Part shown: positions 19,969 through 29,804 of the stretch, piece by piece
Numbering within the stretch: the stretch's first letter is position 1
Layout of the letters: every line of letters begins with the position of its first letter
IMG/VR virus record: IMGVR_UViG_3300021400_001148
Span: 32,001-96,000 of that record
Length of the DNA stretch: 64,000 nucleotides
Origin: a virus
Taxonomy: Duplodnaviria; Caudoviricetes
Direction: 5' to 3' (one strand)
The notes under the pieces: generated by a model
What the model saw: the letters and a program-made list of their open reading frames with translations, nothing else
Databases searched by the model: none
Told to the model about the DNA's origin: nothing
Made by a program: the position numbers and the translations under genes

Positions 19969-20473
19969 AGTTTGGGTTGTTGAACTTTCTGAGGGAGAGT
20001 ATGAAATGTACAGAACTTGGATTCATGGTATCTACACATCCGAAGAACAGGCTGTTGAGGCCGCAAAGGCTGTTGACGAGGCCAACAAAAATGCGGTTAA
20101 AGAATTCGAGTCGCTTCCCTTTGTTATGGAAGACGAGTATGGCAATCCCTTGAACATGGCTCAGTTGATTTGTGGCGGTAGTGGAATTGAGGGGGATGAG
20201 TATGAGTTTGGTGCGGTGGTTTACAATTATAAAAATTCCGATGCAGACACCGCGGGAATGTATACTGCCATTGACGACCACATGGCAATCAAGAAATCTT
20301 TCCTTGAAAAATACAACATCTCAAAGGACGAAGCGGAGCATTACATTAATTTGCACTATTTGTATAATCACAATCGTTATGACTCACCCGGAATGGCAAG
20401 AATTCTTTCATACAACCTCAACGAAAGTGGCAAAGCGGGTATAGAACATCCGATATATAATGGGAGGAAATGA
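19958..20473 (+). CDS. hypothetical protein
   Basis: 171-aa coupled ORF. Confidence 0.7.
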   Translation: MENKVWVVELSEGEYEMYRTWIHGIYTSEEQAVEAAKAVDEANKNAVKEFESLPFVMEDEYGNPLNMAQLICGGSGIEGDEYEFGAVVYNYKNSDADTAGMYTAIDDHMAIKKSFLEKYNISKDEAEHYINLHYLYNHNRYDSPGMARILSYNLNESGKAGIEHPIYNGRK

Positions 20474-20624
20474 TATACCTGTTGGCTAAAAAATGAACAA
20501 ATATGACATAATACAATATTATTTTAGGAATTTTGCGCGTCGGTGTGCGCGTGTATTGCTCGGAAAATCAATAAGATAGAACGAGAAGGTTGTAAATCCT
20601 TGTTGGGTAGCCAACAGGTATATC
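20472..20624. repeat. perfect 17-bp inverted repeats flanking 119 bp
   Basis: GATATACCTGTTGGCTA (20472-20488) and TAGCCAACAGGTATATC (20608-20624). Confidence 0.9.
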
Positions 20625-20665
20625 GTTCCCTAATGGGATTAATAATCCAATAAACGAAAAATAAT

Positions 20666-21235
20666 ATGGGAAAGAAAATTTTAGTAGTCGTTGATGTACA
20701 GAACGATTTTGTAACAGGAAGCCTCGGGTCCAAGGATGCTCAGGCTGCAATCCCCAAAATTGTTGAACGCATTTCAAGGGCTGATTACGACGCCCTCTAT
20801 TTTACCAGAGACACCCACTATGATAATTATCTGGAAACTAATGAGGGAAAGAAACTCCCCGTGAAGCACTGCATATTGAACACTTGGGGATGGAACATAT
20901 GCGATGAGGTTATGGCTGCGGCGAACAAGGTCCAGGTATCTCACCCGTACATCCTCCAGCACATCATTGACAAACCGACTTTTGGAAGCGAGATTATGGC
21001 CAACGACATTTGGCAGTACCTTGCCATTGCCACGGAAACTTCGGACCAGTCGGAGGTTGAACTCCTTGGTTTCTGCACGGACATTTGTGTTGTGTCCAAT
21101 GCCCTCCTTGTTAAGGCGGCAGTGTTTGAAAGGGCTGAGGTGACGGTCAACTCGGAATGTTGTGCCGGCGTAACACCCGAACTTCACGAGGCTGCACTCA
21201 ATGTAATGAAAAGTTGTCAAATAAACATCATTTAA
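20666..21235 (+). CDS. pncA: nicotinamidase/isochorismatase-family cysteine hydrolase
   Basis: VVDVQNDF, RDTH, P.HC, DK.TFGS and GFCTDICV motifs. Confidence 0.85.
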   Translation: MGKKILVVVDVQNDFVTGSLGSKDAQAAIPKIVERISRADYDALYFTRDTHYDNYLETNEGKKLPVKHCILNTWGWNICDEVMAAANKVQVSHPYILQHIIDKPTFGSEIMANDIWQYLAIATETSDQSEVELLGFCTDICVVSNALLVKAAVFERAEVTVNSECCAGVTPELHEAALNVMKSCQINII

Positions 21236-21236
21236 T

Positions 21237-21476
21237 ATGAAAGCAAATAAACTTAAGGGCCTTGCCCGCCACGGCTGCAAGAAGATTATGCAGACAATCA
21301 CACTGTCCAAGACAGCAACGAACACCAATCAGAAACTCACAAAGACTATTATCCATAGTCGTAACTTCAATAAACATGGATACAGGACTCTGGCTGAAAT
21401 GGTTTATGAAAGTTATGCCGATTACCTCAAGAGACGGAACGCCCTTCCTGCACCTGATACAACAGAACTTGCATAG
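21237..21476 (+). CDS. small basic hypothetical protein
   Basis: fills the gap between pncA and the Prs-like gene with 1-2 nt spacing. Confidence 0.6.
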   Translation: MKANKLKGLARHGCKKIMQTITLSKTATNTNQKLTKTIIHSRNFNKHGYRTLAEMVYESYADYLKRRNALPAPDTTELA

Positions 21477-21478
21477 GT

Positions 21479-22348
21479 ATGATTGAAATCAGGACGGCTT
21501 TTACAACCATTCCGTATAAACTTATCAACTACCCCGACGGTACACAGAAGATAGACTTCGAGAATGACTTCCGTTCTTACGCCGGGGTGGAAGATTTGTT
21601 CCTTGTATGGAAAGGTTATCGTGGTGACGAAGAATTAGTCACACTCATTTATCTCACGAGGCACATCCAGAACGAGTGGCATTTGAACCCGGGGTTGTAT
21701 CTCCCATATGTTCCGAATGCGAGGATGGACAGGGTAAAAGATGAGGTCTATGAGGTCTTCACCCTCAAATATTTTACCGAGATTATCAATTCACTGAACT
21801 TCAAGTTCGTGCAAGTTCTTGACCCTCACTCCAATGTGACATCTGCCCTGCTTGACAAGGTCAAGTCAGTATCCCCTTACGGGTTTATCAGTAACGCAAT
21901 CGACCATATCAAAAATGTGAAAGGGGCGAATAAAGTTTTTCTTTATTTCCCAGACGAAGGTGCTGAAAAGAGATATTCGGAACTCTTTAGGGAATCTGAC
22001 TATCTTGTCGGGCACAAGAAACGCAACTGGCGTACCGGGGAGATTGAGGGGCTCACCATTACTGGGAAAAACGGCCAGAACTACACCATTCCCGAAGATG
22101 CAAGCGTGCTGATGGTGGATGACATCATTTCATATGGCGGTACTCTTTCGCATAGTGCTTATGTATTGAAAGAAATGGGATTCTCTCACATTTACGCTTA
22201 TGCAACACATGTGGAAGACAGCGTCCTTGATAAAGATAAGGGAACGCTTTGGAAAGATGTTGAAAATGGTTTGGTTGATATGATTTTTACGACCGACAGC
22301 CTTTTCAGTAAAAAGAACTACCTAATCAATGTCTCGAAATGTAGTTAA
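21479..22348 (+). CDS. ribose-phosphate pyrophosphokinase-like protein (Adps-like)
   Basis: YPDG, LPYVPNARMDR, DPHS, FPDEGA..RY, K.R, VDDIISYGGT and ATH motifs. Confidence 0.88.
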   Translation: MIEIRTAFTTIPYKLINYPDGTQKIDFENDFRSYAGVEDLFLVWKGYRGDEELVTLIYLTRHIQNEWHLNPGLYLPYVPNARMDRVKDEVYEVFTLKYFTEIINSLNFKFVQVLDPHSNVTSALLDKVKSVSPYGFISNAIDHIKNVKGANKVFLYFPDEGAEKRYSELFRESDYLVGHKKRNWRTGEIEGLTITGKNGQNYTIPEDASVLMVDDIISYGGTLSHSAYVLKEMGFSHIYAYATHVEDSVLDKDKGTLWKDVENGLVDMIFTTDSLFSKKNYLINVSKCS

Positions 22349-22396
22349 TTGCGCCGGGGCAGTAATTGCTCCGGTTCTTTTTTGTATATTTGCAAT

Positions 22397-22723
22397 ATGA
22401 AGAAATTTTTATGTATTGTATTAGGATTGATAATTGTGTCTGCTTGCCAATTTACATCCAGAGAACGCAATTATCGTTGTGAAATTGTTTACAAAATCTA
22501 TTATCCCGGGGAAACGGTGATGTGTAAACGAACATTTATGGGGCATGAAACGGCTCGCTATTATCTTGATTCGTCACGTGGCACCAATTACCTTTGGGTT
22601 GAATTTGTCAACCAGCCGGAGCGTATTCCCAGACTCAGTGACATCGACGAATGTATTCTTTCAACCACAGCCCCAGTAAGGGTAATATCCTTTAACAAAG
22701 AAAAAATAAATGATGGAAATTAA
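22397..22723 (+). CDS. putative lipoprotein
   Basis: MKKFLCIVLGLIIVSAC lipobox-like signal; own promoter. Confidence 0.7.
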   Translation: MKKFLCIVLGLIIVSACQFTSRERNYRCEIVYKIYYPGETVMCKRTFMGHETARYYLDSSRGTNYLWVEFVNQPERIPRLSDIDECILSTTAPVRVISFNKEKINDGN

Positions 22724-24299
22724 TCCCCTTCTTTTAATTGATTTTTACAAAGCGGTTCACGGAACGATGATTCCGCAGAACATGGTAAAAAGTGTAAGTT
22801 ACTATACACCCCGCAGGTCCCGCGTTGAGAGATGGGACCAGGTTGTGTTTTACGGTCTGCAGGCTTTCTGTAAGACTTGGCTAATTGACTACTTCAATGC
22901 CAACTTCTTCCAGAAAAAGAGGGAAGATGTGGTTGAAGAGTATCGTCGTGTACTTGACAATTCTTTTGGAAAGGGAATATACAATCTTGAAAGGGTGGGG
23001 CATCTCCATGATTTGGGATATCTGCCAGTTGAGATTGTGGCACTTCCCGAGGGAACAAAGGTGGACATGGGCGTGCCTATTTTCGGTATCACCAATACCC
23101 ACCCCGATTTTGCGTGGCTTCCACAGGCGTTGGAAAGTCTTATTTCAGCCGAGTTGTGGTACCCTATGATTTGTGCTACTGTGGGTAATACATACAGGGA
23201 GGTTGTCAATAAGTATTATGATGAGACTTGTGACGATGATGCCCCAAGGCGCAGGGCACTCGGTAATTTCGATTTTCGTGGCGATGACGGACTCGATGCA
23301 TCATTGAAAGCCGCAGGCGGATGGCTTCTTTCTTTTGTCAACACCGCGACTGTCCCGGCGATACCTTATATGGAAAAGATGTACAATTGTGACTGTGAGA
23401 AGGATGAAGTTGGCTTTGGTGCGGTCTCTACTGAACATTTTGTGATGTGTTCCAACAGTGCGTATGACACCAAGCATAATCCGGATTACGAGTATGCAGA
23501 TATCGACCCTCGTCGGGAGAGAGTCTTCTTGAAAAAACTTCTGACTGAACTTTATCCTCACACCTCGTTCAGTTGTGTATGCGATAGTTACGATTATTGG
23601 AATGTGGTGAAAAACATCCTTCCGACCCTTAAGGAGGAGATTCTTGCTCACGACGGTTGTTTCCTTGTCCGTGGAGACTCGGGGGACTGTGTAAAGGTTG
23701 TTACTGAAACGGTTTTTGAACTTTGGAAGATTTTCGGCGGAACAGTGAACTCCAAGGGATACAAGGTTCTGGACCCTCATGTAAAGGCACTTTATGGGGA
23801 TAGTATAACTGTTCAGCGTGCAGGTCAGATTTATCAAATCCTCAAGGACAATGGGTTTGCCGCCCAGAATGTAAGTCTTGGTGTTGGTAGTTTTAGTATG
23901 CATTGTATTGAAGAAGTAGTTGAAAAAGATTTGGGCTTAGGCTATACATTAAAAGAAACAGTTCTTTCACCTTTTACTAGAGACACTTTTTCAAGCGCCA
24001 TCAAAAGCGTTTACGCTGAATTCAGGAATGAGGACGGAACCATTGACAAAGTTCCGATTTACAAAGACCCCAAAACTGACCGCGAAAGTGGATTTTCCTT
24101 CAAGAAAAGCCAGAAGGGGTGCTGTGAGGTCTTCTGGCGGGACAAATGGAACCAACGACTTGCATATACTGACGGACTAACTTGGGATGAGGCACATAAT
24201 GATAGTAATTTTCTTCAGCCAGTGTTCCGTGATGGCGTCCTTCTCAGGGAAACAACCCTGAAAGAAATAAGGGTGAGACTCAATAATGGGGAGTTTTAA
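22710..24299 (+). CDS. nicotinamide phosphoribosyltransferase-like protein (NAMPT/Namat-like)
   Basis: DFYK..H, DF.FRG, TEH.VM, DSYDYW, VRGDSGD, YGDSIT, GVGSF, TRDT and KKSQKG motifs. Confidence 0.92.
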   Translation: MMEINPLLLIDFYKAVHGTMIPQNMVKSVSYYTPRRSRVERWDQVVFYGLQAFCKTWLIDYFNANFFQKKREDVVEEYRRVLDNSFGKGIYNLERVGHLHDLGYLPVEIVALPEGTKVDMGVPIFGITNTHPDFAWLPQALESLISAELWYPMICATVGNTYREVVNKYYDETCDDDAPRRRALGNFDFRGDDGLDASLKAAGGWLLSFVNTATVPAIPYMEKMYNCDCEKDEVGFGAVSTEHFVMCSNSAYDTKHNPDYEYADIDPRRERVFLKKLLTELYPHTSFSCVCDSYDYWNVVKNILPTLKEEILAHDGCFLVRGDSGDCVKVVTETVFELWKIFGGTVNSKGYKVLDPHVKALYGDSITVQRAGQIYQILKDNGFAAQNVSLGVGSFSMHCIEEVVEKDLGLGYTLKETVLSPFTRDTFSSAIKSVYAEFRNEDGTIDKVPIYKDPKTDRESGFSFKKSQKGCCEVFWRDKWNQRLAYTDGLTWDEAHNDSNFLQPVFRDGVLLRETTLKEIRVRLNNGEF

Positions 24300-24372
24300 T
24301 ATCGAAGGTTCCCCTAACTTAAGTATATTTCCGGAAGGCAGGAAATATTGTGGAGACTAATTATTATATATT

Positions 24373-25098
24373 ATGGCAAAAATTGTTAGTTTGTATGGTG
24401 GTCTTGGCGGCCTTGAGTTTGGCTTTAAAAGGGCTGGCTTTGATGTGGTTTGTGGAAACGAAGTGGATGAAACTATCAGAAATATTTTTGTGAGTAATTT
24501 CCCGGGGTCCTTCTGCTACAATAGCAATCTCGATGGTGTATGCACCTGCGGTTTCAAACACAGGAATCCACTGGGGATTGTCGGGCAAATTCGTGATGAG
24601 CACGACCGCGGGCATTTTTCAAGGATTCTTGCAGCAACGAAGCCGGCATTTTTCGTGGCTGTGGCAGATGGTGGCCTTGTTGATACAAACAGGAATGACG
24701 AACTGACTAAGATAACAGACGACCTCGGGTCTAAGGGTTATGATATCTTTGTTGAATGGATGGACGAATATGATTACGGCTCTCAGTTCAGTAAATCCTA
24801 TACTTACATTGTCGGATTCACACAAGAATCAGAGGTCCAGAACTTTGTCTTTCCCGAAAAAACCGTAGTCAGAGACAGTGGCCCCAATGCTTATGCTGTT
24901 GACCCCGTTACGCTTCCATCGTCCCAACTTCTTGAGGAGAAGGGTCTTGCACCAGAATACAACCTCTTTGGTCATGAGAATGAACCGGCGGTGAATCAAG
25001 CAATTATCGACACTATCTCCCCCAATGTTGGAGAGGCCCTCGCAAGAGCGATATCCAAAGTCAAGGTTACAGTAATGAAAAAAATCGGAGAGTTCTAG
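24373..25098 (+). CDS. degenerate C5-cytosine methyltransferase homolog
   Basis: motif I-like SLYGGLGGLEFGF..AGF..V..NE.D and a motif X-like C-terminus are present; PC, ENV and QxRxR are absent. Confidence 0.7.
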   Translation: MAKIVSLYGGLGGLEFGFKRAGFDVVCGNEVDETIRNIFVSNFPGSFCYNSNLDGVCTCGFKHRNPLGIVGQIRDEHDRGHFSRILAATKPAFFVAVADGGLVDTNRNDELTKITDDLGSKGYDIFVEWMDEYDYGSQFSKSYTYIVGFTQESEVQNFVFPEKTVVRDSGPNAYAVDPVTLPSSQLLEEKGLAPEYNLFGHENEPAVNQAIIDTISPNVGEALARAISKVKVTVMKKIGEF

Positions 25099-25102
25099 AC
25101 CA

Positions 25103-25627
25103 ATGGAAGGCGATTTTCGCAAAATAGTTTTTTTGGATATCGACGGTGTAGTCAATCATGAGCGATGGTATAACGAAACCAAAGGCCGCTCCGGTGACTT
25201 CGACCCCCGGGCAATAGAACTCCTCAATCAACTGGAAGACATTGGTGCAGAAGTTGTAATAAGTTCTTCTTGGGGAGAGAGTGGTATTAAACCACTTCAG
25301 GATGTTGGTCTCAAACTCCCGATAATTGGTTGTACGGAGCACTATTATCAGGATTGGTTGTGTAGAGGTAATGAAATAGAGAAATGGTTGGTAACTAATC
25401 TTGGTGGTATGTGCACAAAATATGGTTGTGACAGAGACACTGGAGAGCCATATTACAGAAAACATTATAATGAAGAAGACACTGATTATGAATATGTTAT
25501 CTTTGACGATGATACTGACATGCTTCTCGGGCAGAAGGACAACTTCATTCAAACCAACAGGGAAACTGGTATAACACAGGAGGATATTGACAAGGCTGTT
25601 CAAATTCTCACTCGTGTTCAAAAATAA
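25103..25627 (+). CDS. HAD-family phosphatase (RNA-repair-associated type)
   Basis: FLDIDGV, VISSSW, RG.EI..WL and YVIFDDD.DM motifs. Confidence 0.85.
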   Translation: MEGDFRKIVFLDIDGVVNHERWYNETKGRSGDFDPRAIELLNQLEDIGAEVVISSSWGESGIKPLQDVGLKLPIIGCTEHYYQDWLCRGNEIEKWLVTNLGGMCTKYGCDRDTGEPYYRKHYNEEDTDYEYVIFDDDTDMLLGQKDNFIQTNRETGITQEDIDKAVQILTRVQK

Positions 25628-25652
25628 TGAACAAACAGCAAATAATGAACAT

Positions 25653-25817
25653 ATGGCTTTCTTTTTACTTTTGTATTTTTATTTGTCTATTGGGCTAAAC
25701 CTTGGTTGGCAATGGCGAAATGCATTTCTCTATAGATGGGTGCCATCTTGGAGTTTGGTTTTTCTTTGGCCCTTCTGGCTTATTGATTTCGGAGTAACTT
25801 TCTCGAAAATTTCTTAG
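25653..25817 (+). CDS. small membrane protein
   Basis: two hydrophobic stretches; LWPF. Confidence 0.5.
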   Translation: MAFFLLLYFYLSIGLNLGWQWRNAFLYRWVPSWSLVFLWPFWLIDFGVTFSKIS

Positions 25818-25879
25818 GCAAATCCCCGCTAATTGCGGGGATTTTTGTATATTTGTCATATGAAGGAAGCGGAATAACG

Positions 25880-26677
25880 ATGAAAAAAAATAAAAAACAA
25901 TCAAGCCAATCAATGTTATCAAAAACAATAAACGAGTGCATAAAGGAACTCCACGAAAATATTGCCAATGGAATGGACGAGTATGCTGACGGCGACTTTT
26001 ACGATGTTGTCCATCAAGTATATCCGATTAATCTAACGGAAGGGCTGATTGATACATATCCGGCAGAACTTGTGGTTAAAACCATTGGAAATTTATATAA
26101 TCTCTATCCAGTGGTCGAAAATAACGCATTGGGGGTAATAAAAATAAAGGAAAAATCTAATAAAGAAACTGTAATAGATATTGTTCTCTACAGTTACGAT
26201 GAAAAAACGGCCACGGGTATTAGAAAACATTTCCTTAAATATGGGTATTTCTTGAGCCTTGAGGATGTTCCCGCTGTCGGAAAAAGTGCACGACTCAGAT
26301 TTGAGAAAAGGTTCGGGGACCGTTTTACAAAGAAAAACATTAAAACAAAGACCACTACACTTTACCATGTTGCTCCGGCCAAGTCAGTGGAAAAAATATT
26401 AAGGCAGGGTTTAACACCACGGCAAGAACGGACATACAACAACTCAAAGGAAAACGGTGATATGGAAAAGGTATATCTATACCTAGAGCATCCAGACGCT
26501 TCTGATTTAACCTATTTCCAGTGGCGGTTTGGTGATATTGCAATTTTTGAAATAGATGTGGATAAGCTCCAAGACAATATCAGTTTCTTCTACGACCCAA
26601 GACTGAACAAAGCGATGTTCACATACGAACCAATAACGCCACAAGCAATAAAATTAGAACAAATCATTAAAAAATGA
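25880..26677 (+). CDS. protein with a C-terminal ADP-ribosyltransferase/Tpt1-like domain
   Basis: LYHV......IL..GL.P...VYL...FEID......F.DP......T...I.P.AI pattern. Confidence 0.55.
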   Translation: MKKNKKQSSQSMLSKTINECIKELHENIANGMDEYADGDFYDVVHQVYPINLTEGLIDTYPAELVVKTIGNLYNLYPVVENNALGVIKIKEKSNKETVIDIVLYSYDEKTATGIRKHFLKYGYFLSLEDVPAVGKSARLRFEKRFGDRFTKKNIKTKTTTLYHVAPAKSVEKILRQGLTPRQERTYNNSKENGDMEKVYLYLEHPDASDLTYFQWRFGDIAIFEIDVDKLQDNISFFYDPRLNKAMFTYEPITPQAIKLEQIIKK

Positions 26678-27642
26678 ATTTAATAAGACCAAGTTACGAA
26701 ATAATTGAGCAGGGCATGGGACTGCAGGGAGTCTATGATATCATAGAAAACGCCGGGAAAACTTCGTATAAAAGCCCAGTCAAGGGTGGTGATGATGCAA
26801 AAAAATTCGTAGAGACTCGTTCCAATGAAAAACATGGTGCGGTTCTAGAATTCGGCACTGTTTACCTTGGTTTCGAGGATGCGGTGACCATCTTGCCGTC
26901 ACAACAAGCATACATTGATGAAGCGGTCGCTTTTTATGAGAAAAACAAGTTCTCGGTTGTCAACGCTGTTCCCGGAATCGGATGGTTCGTCACTACGAAT
27001 TTCCGCGTCATTGTTGAGAATCACCGAGAGGAAGATTTACTTTACCTCTATTGTAACAATCACCCATCAGGGCATCATGAAAAGCGATACTGCGTAAGGT
27101 TCACTCTCGACAGGTTTACCGGCGAGGAATTCCTTCGTCACCGTGTGTTCTCCTTCTGCAGGGAAAGTACGAGATACTGCAACTATTCGAAGGACAAGTT
27201 CAATAACAACATTACATTCGTAATACCCCCGTGGATTGGAAAGGAAGACCTTGCTGAAGGTGAAAATATACAATACTGGGATGGTGATTGGGTTGATATG
27301 AATGAAATGAAAATCATCGCTTCCGACCGTTCATCGAAGGTCTCCCACTGGCTTAATGCAGTTGCAAGAAGCGAAATGGATTACATGGAACTTGTGTCCG
27401 GCCATGGAGAAGAAAAGGCGTGGACACCGCAAATGGCCAGAACAATTCTGCCGTGCGCCATCAAGTCACCACTTGCAATGTGTGGTTTTGCCCACGACTG
27501 GATTCACTTTTTCCACTTGAGGGTGTTCGGAACCACTGGAGCCCCCCACCCACAGGCAAAGGAACTGGCAGAGCCACTTATGAACGAGTTTATTAAAAGG
27601 GGATACTTAACAGAAGAAGAAATTAAAGCTAAAATAGTATGA
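26674..27642 (+). CDS. thyX: FAD-dependent thymidylate synthase
   Basis: RHRVFSFCRESTRY, AR.ILP, HFF.LR and AHP-like (APHPQ) motifs. Confidence 0.92.
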   Translation: MNLIRPSYEIIEQGMGLQGVYDIIENAGKTSYKSPVKGGDDAKKFVETRSNEKHGAVLEFGTVYLGFEDAVTILPSQQAYIDEAVAFYEKNKFSVVNAVPGIGWFVTTNFRVIVENHREEDLLYLYCNNHPSGHHEKRYCVRFTLDRFTGEEFLRHRVFSFCRESTRYCNYSKDKFNNNITFVIPPWIGKEDLAEGENIQYWDGDWVDMNEMKIIASDRSSKVSHWLNAVARSEMDYMELVSGHGEEKAWTPQMARTILPCAIKSPLAMCGFAHDWIHFFHLRVFGTTGAPHPQAKELAEPLMNEFIKRGYLTEEEIKAKIV

Positions 27643-27938
27643 AACAAAAGTTATTTTTTGTAGTGTATGTGGATGTTTCCCGTATTGCCATTGAAGACAC
27701 TGCGGGATACATTAATAATGTGGCAAAATCTCTTTGCCCCAGTCCAAGAGAGGATGCTGAGTTCTATTTTATTCCAAACACACAGGGGGAAAGTAAAATC
27801 GAATGTCTTAACCCCGTAAGAGTTTCCGATGATGAGTATGCGGAAGTTGAAAAAAATGTGAGGGAGATGAGCCAGAAGGTTAATGAGTGTCTTGCCGGTT
27901 TGCGCCAGAAAGGCAAGTGTGAAACTAAAAATGGTTAA
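27639..27938 (+). CDS. hypothetical protein
   Basis: ORF overlapping the thyX stop. Confidence 0.7.
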   Translation: MKQKLFFVVYVDVSRIAIEDTAGYINNVAKSLCPSPREDAEFYFIPNTQGESKIECLNPVRVSDDEYAEVEKNVREMSQKVNECLAGLRQKGKCETKNG

Positions 27939-27944
27939 TTTTGT

Positions 27945-28118
27945 ATGTCAAAGGAAGAGTTCAGACAAAATGCAGCCATTTCGGCATTGCAAGGTGTGAT
28001 TGAGGCCAAATATGGCGTCGCTCTTGAAGTAGACACCGACCTCGCTGCCGACATGGCAATACGACTGGCCAACAGTTTAACAGAAAAATATTTTAACAAT
28101 GAAAAGTTACAAGGGTAA
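27945..28118 (+). CDS. small hypothetical protein (not in the ORF track)
   Basis: MSKEEFRQNAAISALQG...AADMAIRLANSL; matches the common phage A..A[ML]QG...A..A...A..L pattern. Confidence 0.65.
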   Translation: MSKEEFRQNAAISALQGVIEAKYGVALEVDTDLAADMAIRLANSLTEKYFNNEKLQG

Positions 28119-28542
28119 TATTGTACCGGAAGAAGGTACTGTTTTTGTTTTCGGGTCTAATCCAGAAGGCCGTCACGGCGCCGGTTCCGCTGCTGTAGCG
28201 GTCAAGCAGTTCGGTGCAAAATATGGACAGGGCGAAGGGCTGCAGGGCAATGCATACGCACTTCCCACAACGGAACTCAGGTGGCAGATGCGTGACAAGT
28301 ATTCGAGATATTCAATGAGCCGGGATACTATTGTCGAGAACATCAAACGAATGTACGATTGTGCCCGTCAGAACCCGGACAAAAAATTCAAGGTGGCTTA
28401 CAGGAACCAGCCGGATGAGGTCACACTTTGCGGGTATGCAGGGAAGGACCTTATGGGTATGTTCAAAGAGGCAAAGGGCGATGGTGAATACCCCGAGAAT
28501 ATTTATTTCTCCGAAGAGTGGGTTAACTCCGGGTTACTTTAA
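28099..28542 (+). CDS. conserved phage protein, possibly macrodomain-like
   Basis: VFVFGSN..GRHGAG.A...FGA.YG.GEG.QG..YALPT. Confidence 0.7.
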   Translation: MKSYKGNIVPEEGTVFVFGSNPEGRHGAGSAAVAVKQFGAKYGQGEGLQGNAYALPTTELRWQMRDKYSRYSMSRDTIVENIKRMYDCARQNPDKKFKVAYRNQPDEVTLCGYAGKDLMGMFKEAKGDGEYPENIYFSEEWVNSGLL

Positions 28543-29336
28543 GATTTGGAAGCAATCCAGCGTTTGATGCCATTCAAATGAATTTTTGTTATGGCTTCTC
28601 GCCCTTCGTCGGAGAGGAGCCATTCGCATTCTTCTTTGTTCGTATAGAACATATTCTCAGTAAGAATGGCCGGGCAGTTGGTTTTGACAAGGACAGTAAA
28701 ATTTGCTTCGTAGTCCGGGCCGTCATTTCCTGCCGGCTGGTTTTTTCCATTACGGACCTTTTTACCCATTGTAGGAAGGACTTTTTTGGCTTCTTCCCAG
28801 AACATTGTTGCGACAGCGTCTGATTTGGTGTTACCCACACAAGTGTAAACCTCCCAACCGTTAGGTGTTGTCCACTCAGCACCATTCCCGTATGCATTGG
28901 CGTGAACTGAAATGAAAAGGCAGTTGGTTACACCATATTTGTCACAAAAGGCGTTGGCTCTCGCAGCACGCTTTGAGAGTGCAATGTCGGTGTCTATCTC
29001 CGGAACAAGTATTTCATAATGAATGCCCTCAGCATCCAGAAGACGCGAAAGCCTTGCCACGATGTCCCTGTTGAATTCATACTCGAAGAGTTGGGTGCCA
29101 TCTTCGAGTTTGGGGCTTCTTTTACCGGCAGTTGATGATGCATGTCCGTTATCGAGAAGAACCACAAGGTCCCTGTTGGCAACACTTCCGTAGTGAGCAG
29201 ACTCCTCTTCTTCCAGTTCTTGAAATGTTTCAGCGTCGTCCGTTACAATTTCCTGCTGTTCAACGGATATAATCTCCTCATTTTCTGTTACCTCTGCATA
29301 TTCCGATTTTTCACTTTTCTTTTTCAGCCAGCACAT
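28539..29336 (-). CDS. N-acetylmuramoyl-L-alanine amidase (Amidase_3), putative endolysin
   Basis: LDNGH, E.EFN, L..RA..AN, SVHANA and PAILTEN.F motifs; acidic N-terminal extension. Confidence 0.92.
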   Translation of the reverse strand: MCWLKKKSEKSEYAEVTENEEIISVEQQEIVTDDAETFQELEEEESAHYGSVANRDLVVLLDNGHASSTAGKRSPKLEDGTQLFEYEFNRDIVARLSRLLDAEGIHYEILVPEIDTDIALSKRAARANAFCDKYGVTNCLFISVHANAYGNGAEWTTPNGWEVYTCVGNTKSDAVATMFWEEAKKVLPTMGKKVRNGKNQPAGNDGPDYEANFTVLVKTNCPAILTENMFYTNKEECEWLLSDEGREAITKIHLNGIKRWIASKS

Positions 29337-29443
29337 AAATTCTTTTTTCTATAAATAGATGCAGGCAAAACAATTGCGCCGAGGTTATCAAACTTTACTT
29401 TTTTTGCTGTATTTTTGTGATGAGAATTAAAAAAATATAAATT

Positions 29444-29731
29444 ATGAGCATTTTTTGGATTTTTGTGATTTCATTCATTTGTGGTATTGTAAGTTCTATC
29501 GGCTTCAAGATATTTGCCGACAGTGTTACTGAGAAGTCTGAGGATAAGCGGTTCATCGCGTGGCTTTTCATTACTCTTGCTTCTATTGTGATGATGATTG
29601 TGTATGCTGATATTTTTACTTCCCCACTCGAAAAGAAACTGAAAACTTTGGAGGAAACTATCCAGAGTATTCAAAAGGATGAAACTCTCCAGAGTATTCA
29701 AAACGAAAAAGAAGAAACACTATACCTTTAA
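29444..29731 (+). CDS. two-TM membrane protein
   Basis: two hydrophobic helices; C-terminal 9-aa duplication ETIQSIQKD/ETLQSIQNE. Confidence 0.7.
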   Translation: MSIFWIFVISFICGIVSSIGFKIFADSVTEKSEDKRFIAWLFITLASIVMMIVYADIFTSPLEKKLKTLEETIQSIQKDETLQSIQNEKEETLYL

Positions 29732-29804
29732 ACCCATTGAAAGGTTAGTTTTACATTTTCCACATATTTATGATATGTGGAATAATTTTTTAATATAACC
29801 CATA

